NCBI GenBank assembly: GCA_913055635.1
Contig: CAJXLK010000003.1
Span: forward strand, 13,959-77,958
Direction of reading: 5' to 3'
DNA: 64,000 bases
DNA from: an uncultured Bacteroidota bacterium
Lineage (GTDB): Bacteria > Bacteroidota > Bacteroidia > Bacteroidales > UBA12077
A program made the translations under genes and the position numbers. Below the pieces are notes generated by a model. It was not told the DNA's origin. It did not search any database and worked only from the letters and a program-made list of their open reading frames with translations. Shown one piece after another: positions 26,594 through 36,160 of this stretch (the stretch's first letter is position 1; every line of letters starts with the position of its first letter).

Positions 26594-29500
26594 ATGAAGA
26601 AAAGATGCTTATCCTGGGCCATTCTCGCGATCTTACTGATGAGTTCGCAGGTACTCCAAGCCCAGATTGAGATTCAAGGAACGGTTAAAAATACCAAAGG
26701 AGACCCTTTGCCCGGGGTGAATATTGTGGAGAAGGGCACGAATAATGGCACCACCACGGATATGGACGGGCAATTTTCTTTTACTGTATCCAATGAAAAG
26801 GCCACAGTGGTTTTTTCATTTGTCGGCATGCAAACGATTGAGAAAAAGGTAGGCGACCGCCGAGACTTCCAGATTGTATTGAAACCCGGGAGTTCAGAGT
26901 TGGATGAAGTGGTGGTTGTGGGATATGGCACACAGAAGAAACGGAGTTTAACCGGTTCCGTTTCCGATGTGGATGCCGACGAGCTTGATGAATCATCCTC
27001 TCATAATTTAAGCAATAAGCTGGCCGGTCGGTTACCGGGTCTTGTTTCCAGGCAGACCAGCGGTGCGCCGGGTTCAAGTGGCGCTTCCCTGTATGTCAGA
27101 GGTATGAGCACCACCGGCAACAACCAACCCACCGTTTTGGTTGATGGCGTACAGCGTGATTTGAGCAATGTAGACCCCAATTCCATCAAAAACGTCAGCA
27201 TCCTGAAAGATGCCGCATCGGCGGCTGTTTATGGTGTTCAGGGTGCCAACGGAGTGATTCTGGTCACCACCAAACAAGGTGAAAAAGGGCAAGGCCCCCA
27301 GATCAGCTTTGAAAATTCGGTGGACTTGACCCAAAACACCCGGTTCCCTGATTTTCTCAATGGCCCGGATTATGCATACTGGCATAACAAAGCCCGCGAA
27401 CTGGATGGAAAGGAGCCTGTTTATTCGTCGGATGCCATTGAAAAGATTCAACAGGGGCATGATCCCCAGGGCGTCTACGGTGATACCGACTGGCTTGATC
27501 GTTTGTTCAATGATTTTGGAATGAATTCGCACCACAGTTTGAGTGTGCGTGGGGGCAATGACAAAGTCCAGTATTTTGTCCTGGGCGGTATGCTGAATCA
27601 GAATGGCATCATCGATCATGTTGATTTTACCCGCTATAACCTGCGCTCCAATGTGGATGTGAATGTCACCGAAAACCTAACCACCTCTTTGAGTCTTGCT
27701 GCCCGTCAGGAAAAGCGGGATCGTCCCTATTTGGGGGTTCAGCCCAATGGATGGTTAAACCTGGTTTACCAGGCCATTAAGGCCAAACCCACCATCCCGG
27801 CATATACCAATGATGGTGAGCCGGTTGGCTCCGACCTGGGTTGGGGCAATGCCAATCCGATTATGGCCCGCGACAATTCCGGATATTATAATTCCACGCG
27901 AAATATTTTTCAAAGTTCATTGAACATTGATTACCAGGTGCCTTTTGTGAAAGGCTTGTCGCTAGAGTTTATGGGCAGCTATGACCGCGATTATACCCGC
28001 ACCAAAAGTTGGAAAGAACCTTATAAGCTGATGGTTTACAAGGAGGGAAGCGATCAGTATGTGGAGCAGTGGGCCAGCCATGCCTCGGGCGGCATCAATT
28101 CGCTGAGTGAAGGTTTTGCCGATTCCTGGAGAAGAACCCTTCGGCCGGCCATCCGTTTTGACCGGTCTTTTGGTGCCCATGATCTGGAGGTGCTGGCTCT
28201 TTATGAGCAGAGCAAACAAGTCTACGATGATTTCAGTGCTGCCAAGAGAGCGTTTGATTTAGGGGCCATTCAGCAACTGGAGTTTTCCGATGAAGTGGTG
28301 CCCAACTCGGTTACCGGATCGAAGGCCATTTCTGTCAGGGCCGGTTATGTAGGGCGTATCAATTATAGTTTTGATGACAAATACCTGGTTCAGCTCTCAG
28401 GCCGCTATGACGGTTCGGCCCGGTTCCCACAGGATAAGAGATGGGGCTTCTTCCCGGCAGCTTCTCTGGGTTGGCGTGTATCGGAAGAGCCATTCTTCAA
28501 CGACCAGTTTGGTTTTGTAGATCACCTTAAGTTGCGGGGTTCTGCTGGCCAGATGGGCAACGACCAGATCGGTAAATACCAGTACCTGCGTTCGATGCAG
28601 ATGACCAATAACCCGGCCTACTTGATCGGGGGATCGCCGGTACAGGCCCTGTATACTGGAGCAGTGCCCAATTACAACATTACCTGGGAAACCGCCACCA
28701 CCTACAATGCCGGATTTGACCTGGATATGTGGGAAGGTAAACTGGGCGTTGAATTCGACTGGTTTTACAAAGTGACCACCGACATCCTTCAGAATATTGG
28801 TGGCGTGATGCCCCCCTCCCTCGGTGGCAACTATCCTTCCGTGGTGAATCGCGGCATTGTTGACAACCGCGGCATTGAGCTGGTGCTGTCCCACCGCAAT
28901 AAGATCGGAAAGGATTTTTCCTATCGCCTGCGTGGAAACTTAACCTACAGCAAGAACCGCCACATCAAGACCGACGATAGCCCCAATATTCCTGACTACC
29001 AAAAGCGTGTAGGCAGGCCCCTGGGCGGCCGACTTGGTTTTGTTGCCGAAGGCCTTTTCCAGAGTGAGGAAGAAATACGCAATTCCCCCTTGCTCAAAGA
29101 AAATGTCCGCCCTGGTGATATCAAATACAAAGACCTCAATGGAGACGGCAAAATTACCTATGAACAGGACCGCACCTGGATCGGTAAAAGCAGCATCCCT
29201 GAAGTGGTATTTGGTTTCAACCTGAATGCGGCTTACAAGAATTTTGATCTGAGCCTTTTCCTGCAAGGGGCTGCTCGTACCGACCTTGCCCTGAGTGGTA
29301 CCTATGGCTCAGGCATTGAGGATAATACACAGTTTACCCGTCCCTTTAAAACCGGCGGCAATTCCCCCTATTACCTGGTGGAAAACAGTTGGACCCCGGA
29401 AAACCGGGATGCCAAGTTTACCCGCTTAAGCACCGAGTATCGCTCCAACAATGCTTATGCCTCCACCTGGTGGATCCGCGATGCCTCTTATGTGAGGATC

Positions 29501-29701
29501 AAAAATGTGCAACTGGGCTATGAACTGCCCAAACGCTTGTTAAACCGGTTCAACATCGAAAAGCTCCGGGTTTATGTTTCAGCCGATAATTTATATACTT
29601 TTAGCAGTTTGGATTATCTGGATCCGGAGTCGCCCAACGTACATAACGGGTATTATCCTCAACAAAGGATCTTCAGTTTAGGTGTGAATCTTAGTCTTTA
29701 A
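26594..29701 (+). CDS. SusC/RagA-family TonB-dependent receptor (PUL-1)
   Basis: MKKRCLSWAILAILLMSSQVLQAQIEIQGTVKNTKGDPLPGVNIVEKGTNNGTTTDMDGQFSF, then DEVVVVGYGTQKKRSLTGSV, IKNVSILKDAASAAVYGVQGANGVILVTTKQG, and the C-terminal YVRIKNVQLGYELP...FSLGVNLSL. Confidence 0.95.
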   Translation: MKKRCLSWAILAILLMSSQVLQAQIEIQGTVKNTKGDPLPGVNIVEKGTNNGTTTDMDGQFSFTVSNEKATVVFSFVGMQTIEKKVGDRRDFQIVLKPGSSELDEVVVVGYGTQKKRSLTGSVSDVDADELDESSSHNLSNKLAGRLPGLVSRQTSGAPGSSGASLYVRGMSTTGNNQPTVLVDGVQRDLSNVDPNSIKNVSILKDAASAAVYGVQGANGVILVTTKQGEKGQGPQISFENSVDLTQNTRFPDFLNGPDYAYWHNKARELDGKEPVYSSDAIEKIQQGHDPQGVYGDTDWLDRLFNDFGMNSHHSLSVRGGNDKVQYFVLGGMLNQNGIIDHVDFTRYNLRSNVDVNVTENLTTSLSLAARQEKRDRPYLGVQPNGWLNLVYQAIKAKPTIPAYTNDGEPVGSDLGWGNANPIMARDNSGYYNSTRNIFQSSLNIDYQVPFVKGLSLEFMGSYDRDYTRTKSWKEPYKLMVYKEGSDQYVEQWASHASGGINSLSEGFADSWRRTLRPAIRFDRSFGAHDLEVLALYEQSKQVYDDFSAAKRAFDLGAIQQLEFSDEVVPNSVTGSKAISVRAGYVGRINYSFDDKYLVQLSGRYDGSARFPQDKRWGFFPAASLGWRVSEEPFFNDQFGFVDHLKLRGSAGQMGNDQIGKYQYLRSMQMTNNPAYLIGGSPVQALYTGAVPNYNITWETATTYNAGFDLDMWEGKLGVEFDWFYKVTTDILQNIGGVMPPSLGGNYPSVVNRGIVDNRGIELVLSHRNKIGKDFSYRLRGNLTYSKNRHIKTDDSPNIPDYQKRVGRPLGGRLGFVAEGLFQSEEEIRNSPLLKENVRPGDIKYKDLNGDGKITYEQDRTWIGKSSIPEVVFGFNLNAAYKNFDLSLFLQGAARTDLALSGTYGSGIEDNTQFTRPFKTGGNSPYYLVENSWTPENRDAKFTRLSTEYRSNNAYASTWWIRDASYVRIKNVQLGYELPKRLLNRFNIEKLRVYVSADNLYTFSSLDYLDPESPNVHNGYYPQQRIFSLGVNLSL

Positions 29702-29712
29702 AATCATCAATC

Positions 29713-31329
29713 ATGAGAAAGCTAATCATAAGTTTGTCAATTATAACCCTGATGCTGGGTGTAACGGCTTGCCAGGACTTTTTGGATGTGACCCCCAAGG
29801 ATCGGTATTCCGAAAAAGTGGTCTGGGAGAGCAAAGAAAATGTAAAATTGTACCTCAATGGTTTTTATGCCATTGCCCGTGATTATGGTGGCTTCGGCAG
29901 CCGGAGCCTGGGCAGTCAACACCATCTTTCTGATGGATTGTCGGATATACTCAAGTATTCCTCATCGGTCCCGGGTACGGGCACGCCCAATTATGTAACG
30001 ATGGTACCCGGGCAGATCAGCCCCGACCAAAATGCCCTGAGTGTTTGGACCAATGCCTATGAACGGATCCGGCGCATCAATGAATTCCTTGATGGGTTGA
30101 ATAAGTATGGCGATAAATTTTCGAAGGAACAAAAGGATCAGTTTAGGGCTGAAGCCCGTTTTTTCCGTGGCTATCTTTATTTCTTGCTGGTTAGGAACCA
30201 TGGCAGTGTGATCCTTCTGGATGAACTGACCTCTGATCGCAGCCATGAGCGCAGCCCTGAAAGCGCTTGCTGGGATTTTGTGGCCCGGGATCTGGATTTT
30301 GCTGCCCAGCATCTGCCCAAAACCTGGCCGGAAAGTGATAAGGGTCGTGTGAGCAAGGGAGCAGCCTATGCCTTTAAATCCCGTGCCATGCTCTATGCCG
30401 AAAGATGGCAGGCAGCGGTGAGTGCAGCTCAAAATGTCATCGATATGAATCAGTATGGCCTGTTAAATAATTATGGGGATGTATTCAAGAGCGCTGATAA
30501 CCAGGAGGTGATTTTTGCCGTGCGTTATCAGGCCCCCAAATTTGCCCACGATTTTGATGAGCGGTATGCCCCTTCCGGCGATATCCCAGGCCGGGGCGGT
30601 CAGGCCGGTCCTACCCAGGAACTGGTTGATGCCTATGAAATGGCTGATGGTACGGAATTTAACTGGGATAATCCCCAGCATGCCAATCAGCCCTACCAAA
30701 ACCGGGAACCCCGTTTTTATGCTTCCATCCTCTACAATGGCGCTTCCTGGAAAGGCGATACCATTGAGACTTATGTGGATGGGGAAGACGGTTATGTGGA
30801 ATATGGCACTTCCCCCAATCCAGCCACAACCGTTACCGGTTACTACATGAGAAAACTCCTGGACGAAGACAACAAAGATTTTGTCAACAACAAGAGCGAT
30901 AAGCCGTGGATTGAGCTTCGCTATGCAGAAGTGTTGTTGAATTATGCCGAAGGCAAGATTCAGCAGGGTCAGATTCAGCAGGGAATGGATAAGGTCAATA
31001 TGATCCGAAATCGGGTAGGACTGCCCGCTGAATCGGCTGCCAATAAAGAAGAGGCCATGAAAATCTTTCGCCATGAGAAAATGGTGGAAATGGCTTTTGA
31101 AGGACATCGCTACTGGGACTTGCGTCGTTGGGACCTTGCCCATGAAAAGCTCAACGATGTGCGCTTTCACGGAATGAAGATCACCCGGAATCAGGATGGT
31201 TCATTCTCCCATCAGATTGTGGAGTGCGATGACCAGGACCGGTATTTTCCTGAGAAATACTACCGTTTCCCGATCCCTTCCAGTGAAATAGCCAATAATC
31301 CGGCGATTGAACAAATTGAAAACTGGTAA
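29713..31329 (+). CDS. SusD/RagB-family outer-membrane lipoprotein (PUL-1)
   Basis: Lipobox: LGVTAC. Also QDFLDVTPKDRYSEKVVWESKENVKLYLNGFYA, AEARFFRGYLYFLLVRNHGSVIL, RYAEVLLNYAEG and HRYWDLRRW. Confidence 0.93.
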   Translation: MRKLIISLSIITLMLGVTACQDFLDVTPKDRYSEKVVWESKENVKLYLNGFYAIARDYGGFGSRSLGSQHHLSDGLSDILKYSSSVPGTGTPNYVTMVPGQISPDQNALSVWTNAYERIRRINEFLDGLNKYGDKFSKEQKDQFRAEARFFRGYLYFLLVRNHGSVILLDELTSDRSHERSPESACWDFVARDLDFAAQHLPKTWPESDKGRVSKGAAYAFKSRAMLYAERWQAAVSAAQNVIDMNQYGLLNNYGDVFKSADNQEVIFAVRYQAPKFAHDFDERYAPSGDIPGRGGQAGPTQELVDAYEMADGTEFNWDNPQHANQPYQNREPRFYASILYNGASWKGDTIETYVDGEDGYVEYGTSPNPATTVTGYYMRKLLDEDNKDFVNNKSDKPWIELRYAEVLLNYAEGKIQQGQIQQGMDKVNMIRNRVGLPAESAANKEEAMKIFRHEKMVEMAFEGHRYWDLRRWDLAHEKLNDVRFHGMKITRNQDGSFSHQIVECDDQDRYFPEKYYRFPIPSSEIANNPAIEQIENW

Positions 31330-31347
31330 TATTAAATCTGCCATCCT

Positions 31348-32988
31348 ATGAAACGATACATAAGCATAATAATGGTTCTTTGGGCAGCTTCCGCGGTGCT
31401 GTTTAATGGTTGTGAACAGCCGCAGTATCCGGAAGCCAGCGGAGAAAATCAGATCTCAGATATCAGCGTGCTGATACCCGGCACCGATGCCAATATAGAC
31501 CCGGTGGAAGAACCACCCTATGGCGATTCCATACATTTTAACGTGCCCTATCATTATCCCATTGAAAATGATGAGGTCACCGATATTTCTCAACTCAAGG
31601 TTGAAGCCAGCATTCCCAACGGGGCTGAAATCACCCCGGCCCTGGGGATGATGGACCTGTCCAAACCGGTTAATTTAAAAGTAGAGGCAGCCAATGGTGA
31701 TGTAAAAGAGCTCGTGCTCGATGCCCGTTTGAAGAAAAGTTCCCGCAAGAAGATCCTTTCATTTGGTATTCCTCAATATGATATCAAAGGGATCATTTCT
31801 GATTCGGTCATTTCATTCGTATTGCCCTATGGCTTTGATACCACCCAGCTGGCCAGTGTGAAACCTTCCATCGAGATTTCACCCCGGGCCACCATTTCAC
31901 CCGATACCAGTGAACCCCAGAATTTCAATGAGCCGGTTCAGTACACCGTTACCGCTTATGATGGTTCACAGCAGGTATATACAGTGGTTCAGCGGGAGCC
32001 TGAAGAACTGGATTATGGCATCGGCTATACGCGAAAGGTATGGAGCAAATCGTTCTCCGAGTTGAACTTTGGAGCCCATATTGAGTCTGCACTAGCCATA
32101 TCCGGTTCTTATATGATCGTGCCCAATAAATCGAATCCCATCAAATATTATGACAAAGAAACGGCTGAACAGGTAGGCACCCTGGATATGACCGGGTTCA
32201 ACGGCATGTGCTTCCAGGTGGCCACCGATTCGATGGGTAATATCATTGCGGCCAATTATGCCGGTAAATATGGCGCTTCGGATTTTACCATCTACACCTA
32301 CAGTGATGTCAATGCCCAGCCGGAGCCTTTGTTTACCATGAGCGATGTTTCTTCGGATGTGGCCATGGGCAGGAAAGTGGCCGTTAAGGGCAACATCAAT
32401 AAACACGCCATCATCACCGTGCCGATGTCCTTTACCAATAAGGTTTATCGTTGGGTGATCGATAATGGTCAGGTCACCTCCGATTCGCCCCACATCTATA
32501 CCTATTCCCCGATGGAATCCTGGACATGGCTGTGTAAAGCTGAACCCACGGGCCCCAACCTGAATGATCCTTTTTTCCTGGTTGAACCCATGAGCAAGGT
32601 CGTTTCCTGGATTGAGGATGGCTCGGTGGTGAGTATGAGCAAGGACAATTTTGGTTGGCTGAGTGCCGATGCCCGGTATTTTGAGTTTAATAATGCCAAC
32701 TATTTAGCCGTCGTCGATGTGGCTGAAAATTATGACACCCAGTTTAAAGTGTTTGATGTAACCGATAAGGCTGATTTCACTAAAGCTCCCGGCGACCAGG
32801 GATACGGCGATTTCAATGTCTTCACCAGCGATAAGATATCGTGCAACACCGATAACTTAAACGCCACCACCGATGTAGTTACAGAAATGGCAGCCAACGG
32901 AAAATCGATATATGTGTATATGTTGGTCACCAATGGCGGAATCGCCAAATACGAACTGACCAACATGGATCCCAACTCCCTCCAGTAG
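31348..32988 (+). CDS. SusE/F-position surface lipoprotein (candidate glycan-binding protein): Ig-like repeats + beta-rich C-terminal domain
   Basis: Lipobox: LFNGC. The repeat KILSFGIPQYDIKGIISDSVISFVLPYGFDTTQLASVKPSIEISPRATISPDTSEPQNFNEPVQYTVTAYDGSQQVYTVV is a DUF5018-like Ig fold. The protein is paralogous in architecture to 47835-49496. Confidence 0.65.
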   Translation: MKRYISIIMVLWAASAVLFNGCEQPQYPEASGENQISDISVLIPGTDANIDPVEEPPYGDSIHFNVPYHYPIENDEVTDISQLKVEASIPNGAEITPALGMMDLSKPVNLKVEAANGDVKELVLDARLKKSSRKKILSFGIPQYDIKGIISDSVISFVLPYGFDTTQLASVKPSIEISPRATISPDTSEPQNFNEPVQYTVTAYDGSQQVYTVVQREPEELDYGIGYTRKVWSKSFSELNFGAHIESALAISGSYMIVPNKSNPIKYYDKETAEQVGTLDMTGFNGMCFQVATDSMGNIIAANYAGKYGASDFTIYTYSDVNAQPEPLFTMSDVSSDVAMGRKVAVKGNINKHAIITVPMSFTNKVYRWVIDNGQVTSDSPHIYTYSPMESWTWLCKAEPTGPNLNDPFFLVEPMSKVVSWIEDGSVVSMSKDNFGWLSADARYFEFNNANYLAVVDVAENYDTQFKVFDVTDKADFTKAPGDQGYGDFNVFTSDKISCNTDNLNATTDVVTEMAANGKSIYVYMLVTNGGIAKYELTNMDPNSLQ

Positions 32989-33046
32989 GGTTGATTTTCT
33001 TCAGCCGGTGCCCTTTGGGTACCGGCTGTATGGTGTTCTTGTAAAA

Positions 33047-34411
33047 ATGAATAATATATTAACGATGATGACCAAAATGATGAAGAATAATTTGCTGGTC
33101 TTGGTGGTCCTGGTTGGCTTGTCACAATTGCTGATGGCTTGCAGCGGAGATGACTACCAGCATTTTGACGACTACGATCCGGATGACCAAAACGGAGATA
33201 CCACTTCGGTCGAGGAGAAGCCCAAATACCTTTGGATCGACGCATCCGCTAATTTTAAGCGGTTTAGCCACAAAGATTCCATCGACCATTATCTGGACAA
33301 GGCCAAGGATGCCGGCTTTAATAAAATTGTGGTGGATGTCAGGCCCATCGCTGGCGACGTGCTCTATAACAGTTCCATTGTAAAAGAGCTTACTTCCTGG
33401 CAGGGATATACCCGGGACAACAGCTGGGATTACCTTCAAACCTTCATTGATAAAGGCCATCAAAGGGATTTGCAGGTGTATGCCTCGATGAATGTTTTTG
33501 TCGGAGGCCACAACAGTTATGATAAAGGTGTGGTGTACCGGGATTCAGAGATGGGCGGATATACCACCATTCTGAACCGTCCGGAAGGAATGGTGGATAT
33601 CACCAATGTCTCCGATAAGTATGGAATGTTCTTCAATCCGGCCCGTGAGGAGGTACAACGCTATTGCCTGTCTTTGATTGAAGAGGTGGTAAAAAATTAT
33701 CCCATTGACGGGCTCATCCTGGACCGGGTGCGTTTTGACGGGCTCAATAGTGATTTTAGCCAGTATTCGCGTTCCAAATTCGAGGCATATATTCAGCAGG
33801 ATATATCGAACTATCCCGGCGATATTTTCTCCTGGACCCGGCAGGATGGCGAACCCCAAAGAAATTACGGAGATTTGTATCCCAAATGGCTTGAATGGCG
33901 GGCGAAGGTTGTTTACGACTTTTTTGAACAGGCGCGCACTGCCGTTAAAGATATCGATTCCGACGTCGACTTTGGTACCTATACCGGTGCTTGGTATCCA
34001 ACCTATTATGAGGTAGGTGCCAACTGGGCCAGCCAGAATTATAACCCGCAGAACGGGGATTACACCAATTGGATGTTTACCGACAGTTATAAAGATTATG
34101 GCTACGCAGGCCTGTTGGATGTGTATATGGCGGGGGTCTATTTTTCTGATGTCTATGGCAGTGGCTGGTATACCGTTGAAGGGGGGCTGAACAATGCCCA
34201 GCAGGTTACAAAAGGTGATGTGCCGGTTACCTCCAGCTTATATGTAGATGTTTACGACGAGGCTCCCGCTGATATGACCCAGGCCGTTGAATTGAGCCTG
34301 AAAGAGGCCCATGGTCTGATGGTTTTTGATATTGTCCACCTGATAAAATACAACTATTGGGAGGAAGTCAAAACAGGCATAGACAACGCTACTGAGCAAG
34401 AAAGTCAGTAA
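33047..34411 (+). CDS. Lipoprotein, putative (beta/alpha)8 glycoside hydrolase of the UPF0748 / GHL10 (PF02638-like, YddW/DigH superfamily) type, subfamily A
   Basis: Lipobox: LLMAC. Also KYLWIDASANFKRFSHKDSIDHYLDKAKDAGFNKIVVDVRP, LQVYASMNVF, FNPAREEVQRYCLSLIEEVVKNYPIDGLILDRVRFDG and WLEWRAKVVYDFF. The ATG at 33047 is preferred over the GTG at 33008. Confidence 0.6.
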   Translation: MNNILTMMTKMMKNNLLVLVVLVGLSQLLMACSGDDYQHFDDYDPDDQNGDTTSVEEKPKYLWIDASANFKRFSHKDSIDHYLDKAKDAGFNKIVVDVRPIAGDVLYNSSIVKELTSWQGYTRDNSWDYLQTFIDKGHQRDLQVYASMNVFVGGHNSYDKGVVYRDSEMGGYTTILNRPEGMVDITNVSDKYGMFFNPAREEVQRYCLSLIEEVVKNYPIDGLILDRVRFDGLNSDFSQYSRSKFEAYIQQDISNYPGDIFSWTRQDGEPQRNYGDLYPKWLEWRAKVVYDFFEQARTAVKDIDSDVDFGTYTGAWYPTYYEVGANWASQNYNPQNGDYTNWMFTDSYKDYGYAGLLDVYMAGVYFSDVYGSGWYTVEGGLNNAQQVTKGDVPVTSSLYVDVYDEAPADMTQAVELSLKEAHGLMVFDIVHLIKYNYWEEVKTGIDNATEQESQ

Positions 34412-34549
34412 TACCGGTTGAACCCAAAGATATGGCCATGCAACCGGTTTTCCGAGTTGAGCACGTGAGCATTATCTGAGACAATCGCCTGTCCTTTCAT
34501 CGAATCGAGCAAGACAGGCCCATTTTCAACCCAAAAAATCTTGATCATC

Positions 34550-35899
34550 ATGATGAAAACAAATAGAACCTGGCTGGCTGCTTTGAAGGGCATTTTAATC
34601 TTTGGAATCCTCCTGCAGGTTTCCTGTTCCCCTTCCAATCAGCAACCCCAACGGGAAAAGTCCAGTTATTTATGGTTTGATGCCCAGGCCAATTATGAAC
34701 GTTTGAGCTATCCGGATTCCATCGATCTTTATCTGAAAAAAGCCAGTGAGGCCGGGTTTACCGATGTGGTGGTTGATGTAAAATCGATCATGGGGTGGAC
34801 CCTTTACCATAGCGATTATGCCCCTTACATGGGTCAGTGGAAAGGACATTCCCGCTCTGAGGATTATGATATGCTTGGGATCTTTCTGGATAAGGCCCGG
34901 AAATATGACCTGGGGGTTCACGCCTCGATGAATGTCTTTAGCGGGGGCCATCTGGAGTATGAAAAGGGGATCATTTACAAGAACCATCCTGAATGGCAAA
35001 CCATGAACTATACCCCCGAGGGCATCAAACCCATTAAAAAGGTGGAAACCACCTACAATGGCATGTTGAACCCTGCCCTGCCTGAGGTGCAGGACTATGA
35101 AATGAAGATCATCAAGGAGGTGGTTAAAAAGTATCCCCGCCTGGAGGGTATTGTTCTTGACCGGATGCGCTATGAAGGCATTACTTCTGATTTTAGCCCC
35201 GCCTCGAAGAAAATGTTTGAGCAGTATGCCGGAATCCAGGTAAAAAGTTACCCGGAGGATATTCTCTACTGGGAAAAGGATCAGGAGGGAGAGGCTCAAT
35301 GGAAGCGGGGCCCCCATTTCGATAAATGGCTTGAATGGCGGGCCAGTGTGATTCATGATTTTGCCAAACGGGTACGCAAGGAAATCAAGTCGATCAATCC
35401 CGATATTGTTTATGGCGATTATGTAGGGGCATGGTACCCGACTTATTATGAGGTCGGTGTGAACTGGGCCAGCCAGGATTATGACCCCTCCAAAGATTAT
35501 GACTGGGCCACCCCTCAGTATCAAAAGACAGGTTATGCTGAATACCTGGACCTTTTTATGGGGGGGTTGTATTTTAAACAGGTCACTGTTGAAGAAGTGC
35601 GCAAGATGAATCAAGAAGAGGTGGAAGGCCGAAATGAGCCGGGTATGTCCCAGAAGCGGGCCGATTGGTATTCTGTTGAGGGTTGTGCCGAGTTGGCCAA
35701 TGGGGTGTTAAAGGACGCCGTCCCGTTTATGGGAAGCCTTTACGTGCAACAATATAAAGGTGATGAGAAGCAATTTAAGCGGGCCGTGGATATGGCCATG
35801 AAAAAGACCGATGGATTAATGATTTTTGATGCCGTGCATCTGATTAACTATAACTGGTGGGATACCATGGAAAAAGCCATCAAGCAAAACAAGGAGTAG
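34550..35899 (+). CDS. Lipoprotein, UPF0748/GHL10-like putative glycoside hydrolase, subfamily A (tandem paralogue of 33047-34411)
   Basis: Lipobox: LLQVSC. SYLWFDAQANYERLSYPDSIDLYLKKASEAGFTDVVVDVKS, LNPALPEVQDYEMKIIKEVVKKYPRLEGIVLDRMRYEG and WLEWRASVIHDFA are colinear with the preceding gene. Confidence 0.6.
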   Translation: MMKTNRTWLAALKGILIFGILLQVSCSPSNQQPQREKSSYLWFDAQANYERLSYPDSIDLYLKKASEAGFTDVVVDVKSIMGWTLYHSDYAPYMGQWKGHSRSEDYDMLGIFLDKARKYDLGVHASMNVFSGGHLEYEKGIIYKNHPEWQTMNYTPEGIKPIKKVETTYNGMLNPALPEVQDYEMKIIKEVVKKYPRLEGIVLDRMRYEGITSDFSPASKKMFEQYAGIQVKSYPEDILYWEKDQEGEAQWKRGPHFDKWLEWRASVIHDFAKRVRKEIKSINPDIVYGDYVGAWYPTYYEVGVNWASQDYDPSKDYDWATPQYQKTGYAEYLDLFMGGLYFKQVTVEEVRKMNQEEVEGRNEPGMSQKRADWYSVEGCAELANGVLKDAVPFMGSLYVQQYKGDEKQFKRAVDMAMKKTDGLMIFDAVHLINYNWWDTMEKAIKQNKE

Positions 35900-36120
35900 G
35901 GTTAAGTCAAGGCCTGGTCATTGGGTGTGCGCAACCTTTTGGCCAGGCTTCATTTTTCAGGCATAAATGGCTTGATACAGCCGGATCAAATGAGGCAGGC
36001 TATATGATTGAGTTTTTCAATCCTTAGAGGGGTTGGGAAGGATCACTCAGATATTTAATCCGGGAAAAGCCGTTTTTATCCCCTTAATTTAAATCGGGTT
36101 GATGCTCAGTTTCATAAAAA

Positions 36121-36141
36121 TATTAATAAATTTGATAATTG
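36121..36141 (+). promoter_or_regulatory. Promoter/possible auto-operator of the ROK regulator gene
   Basis: TATTAATAAATTTGATAATTG contains TAAATTTG (36127-36134), matching TAnnTTTG, 27 nt before the ATG. The same TATTAAT-AAA-T...T[AT]AATT pattern occurs at 26371 and 42832. Confidence 0.45.
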
Positions 36142-36160
36142 TATCTAAATTTTTTCAGTT

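Noticed and set aside
34670-35614. 314-aa ORF antisense to the second GHL10-like gene (similar shadow ORFs at 5259-6083, 36155-36916, 8492-9100, 15915-16781 and 23228-24037)
   Set aside because: Each lies entirely inside a well-supported gene on the other strand and has low-complexity, motif-free sequence. No independent start context or conservation signal is visible.
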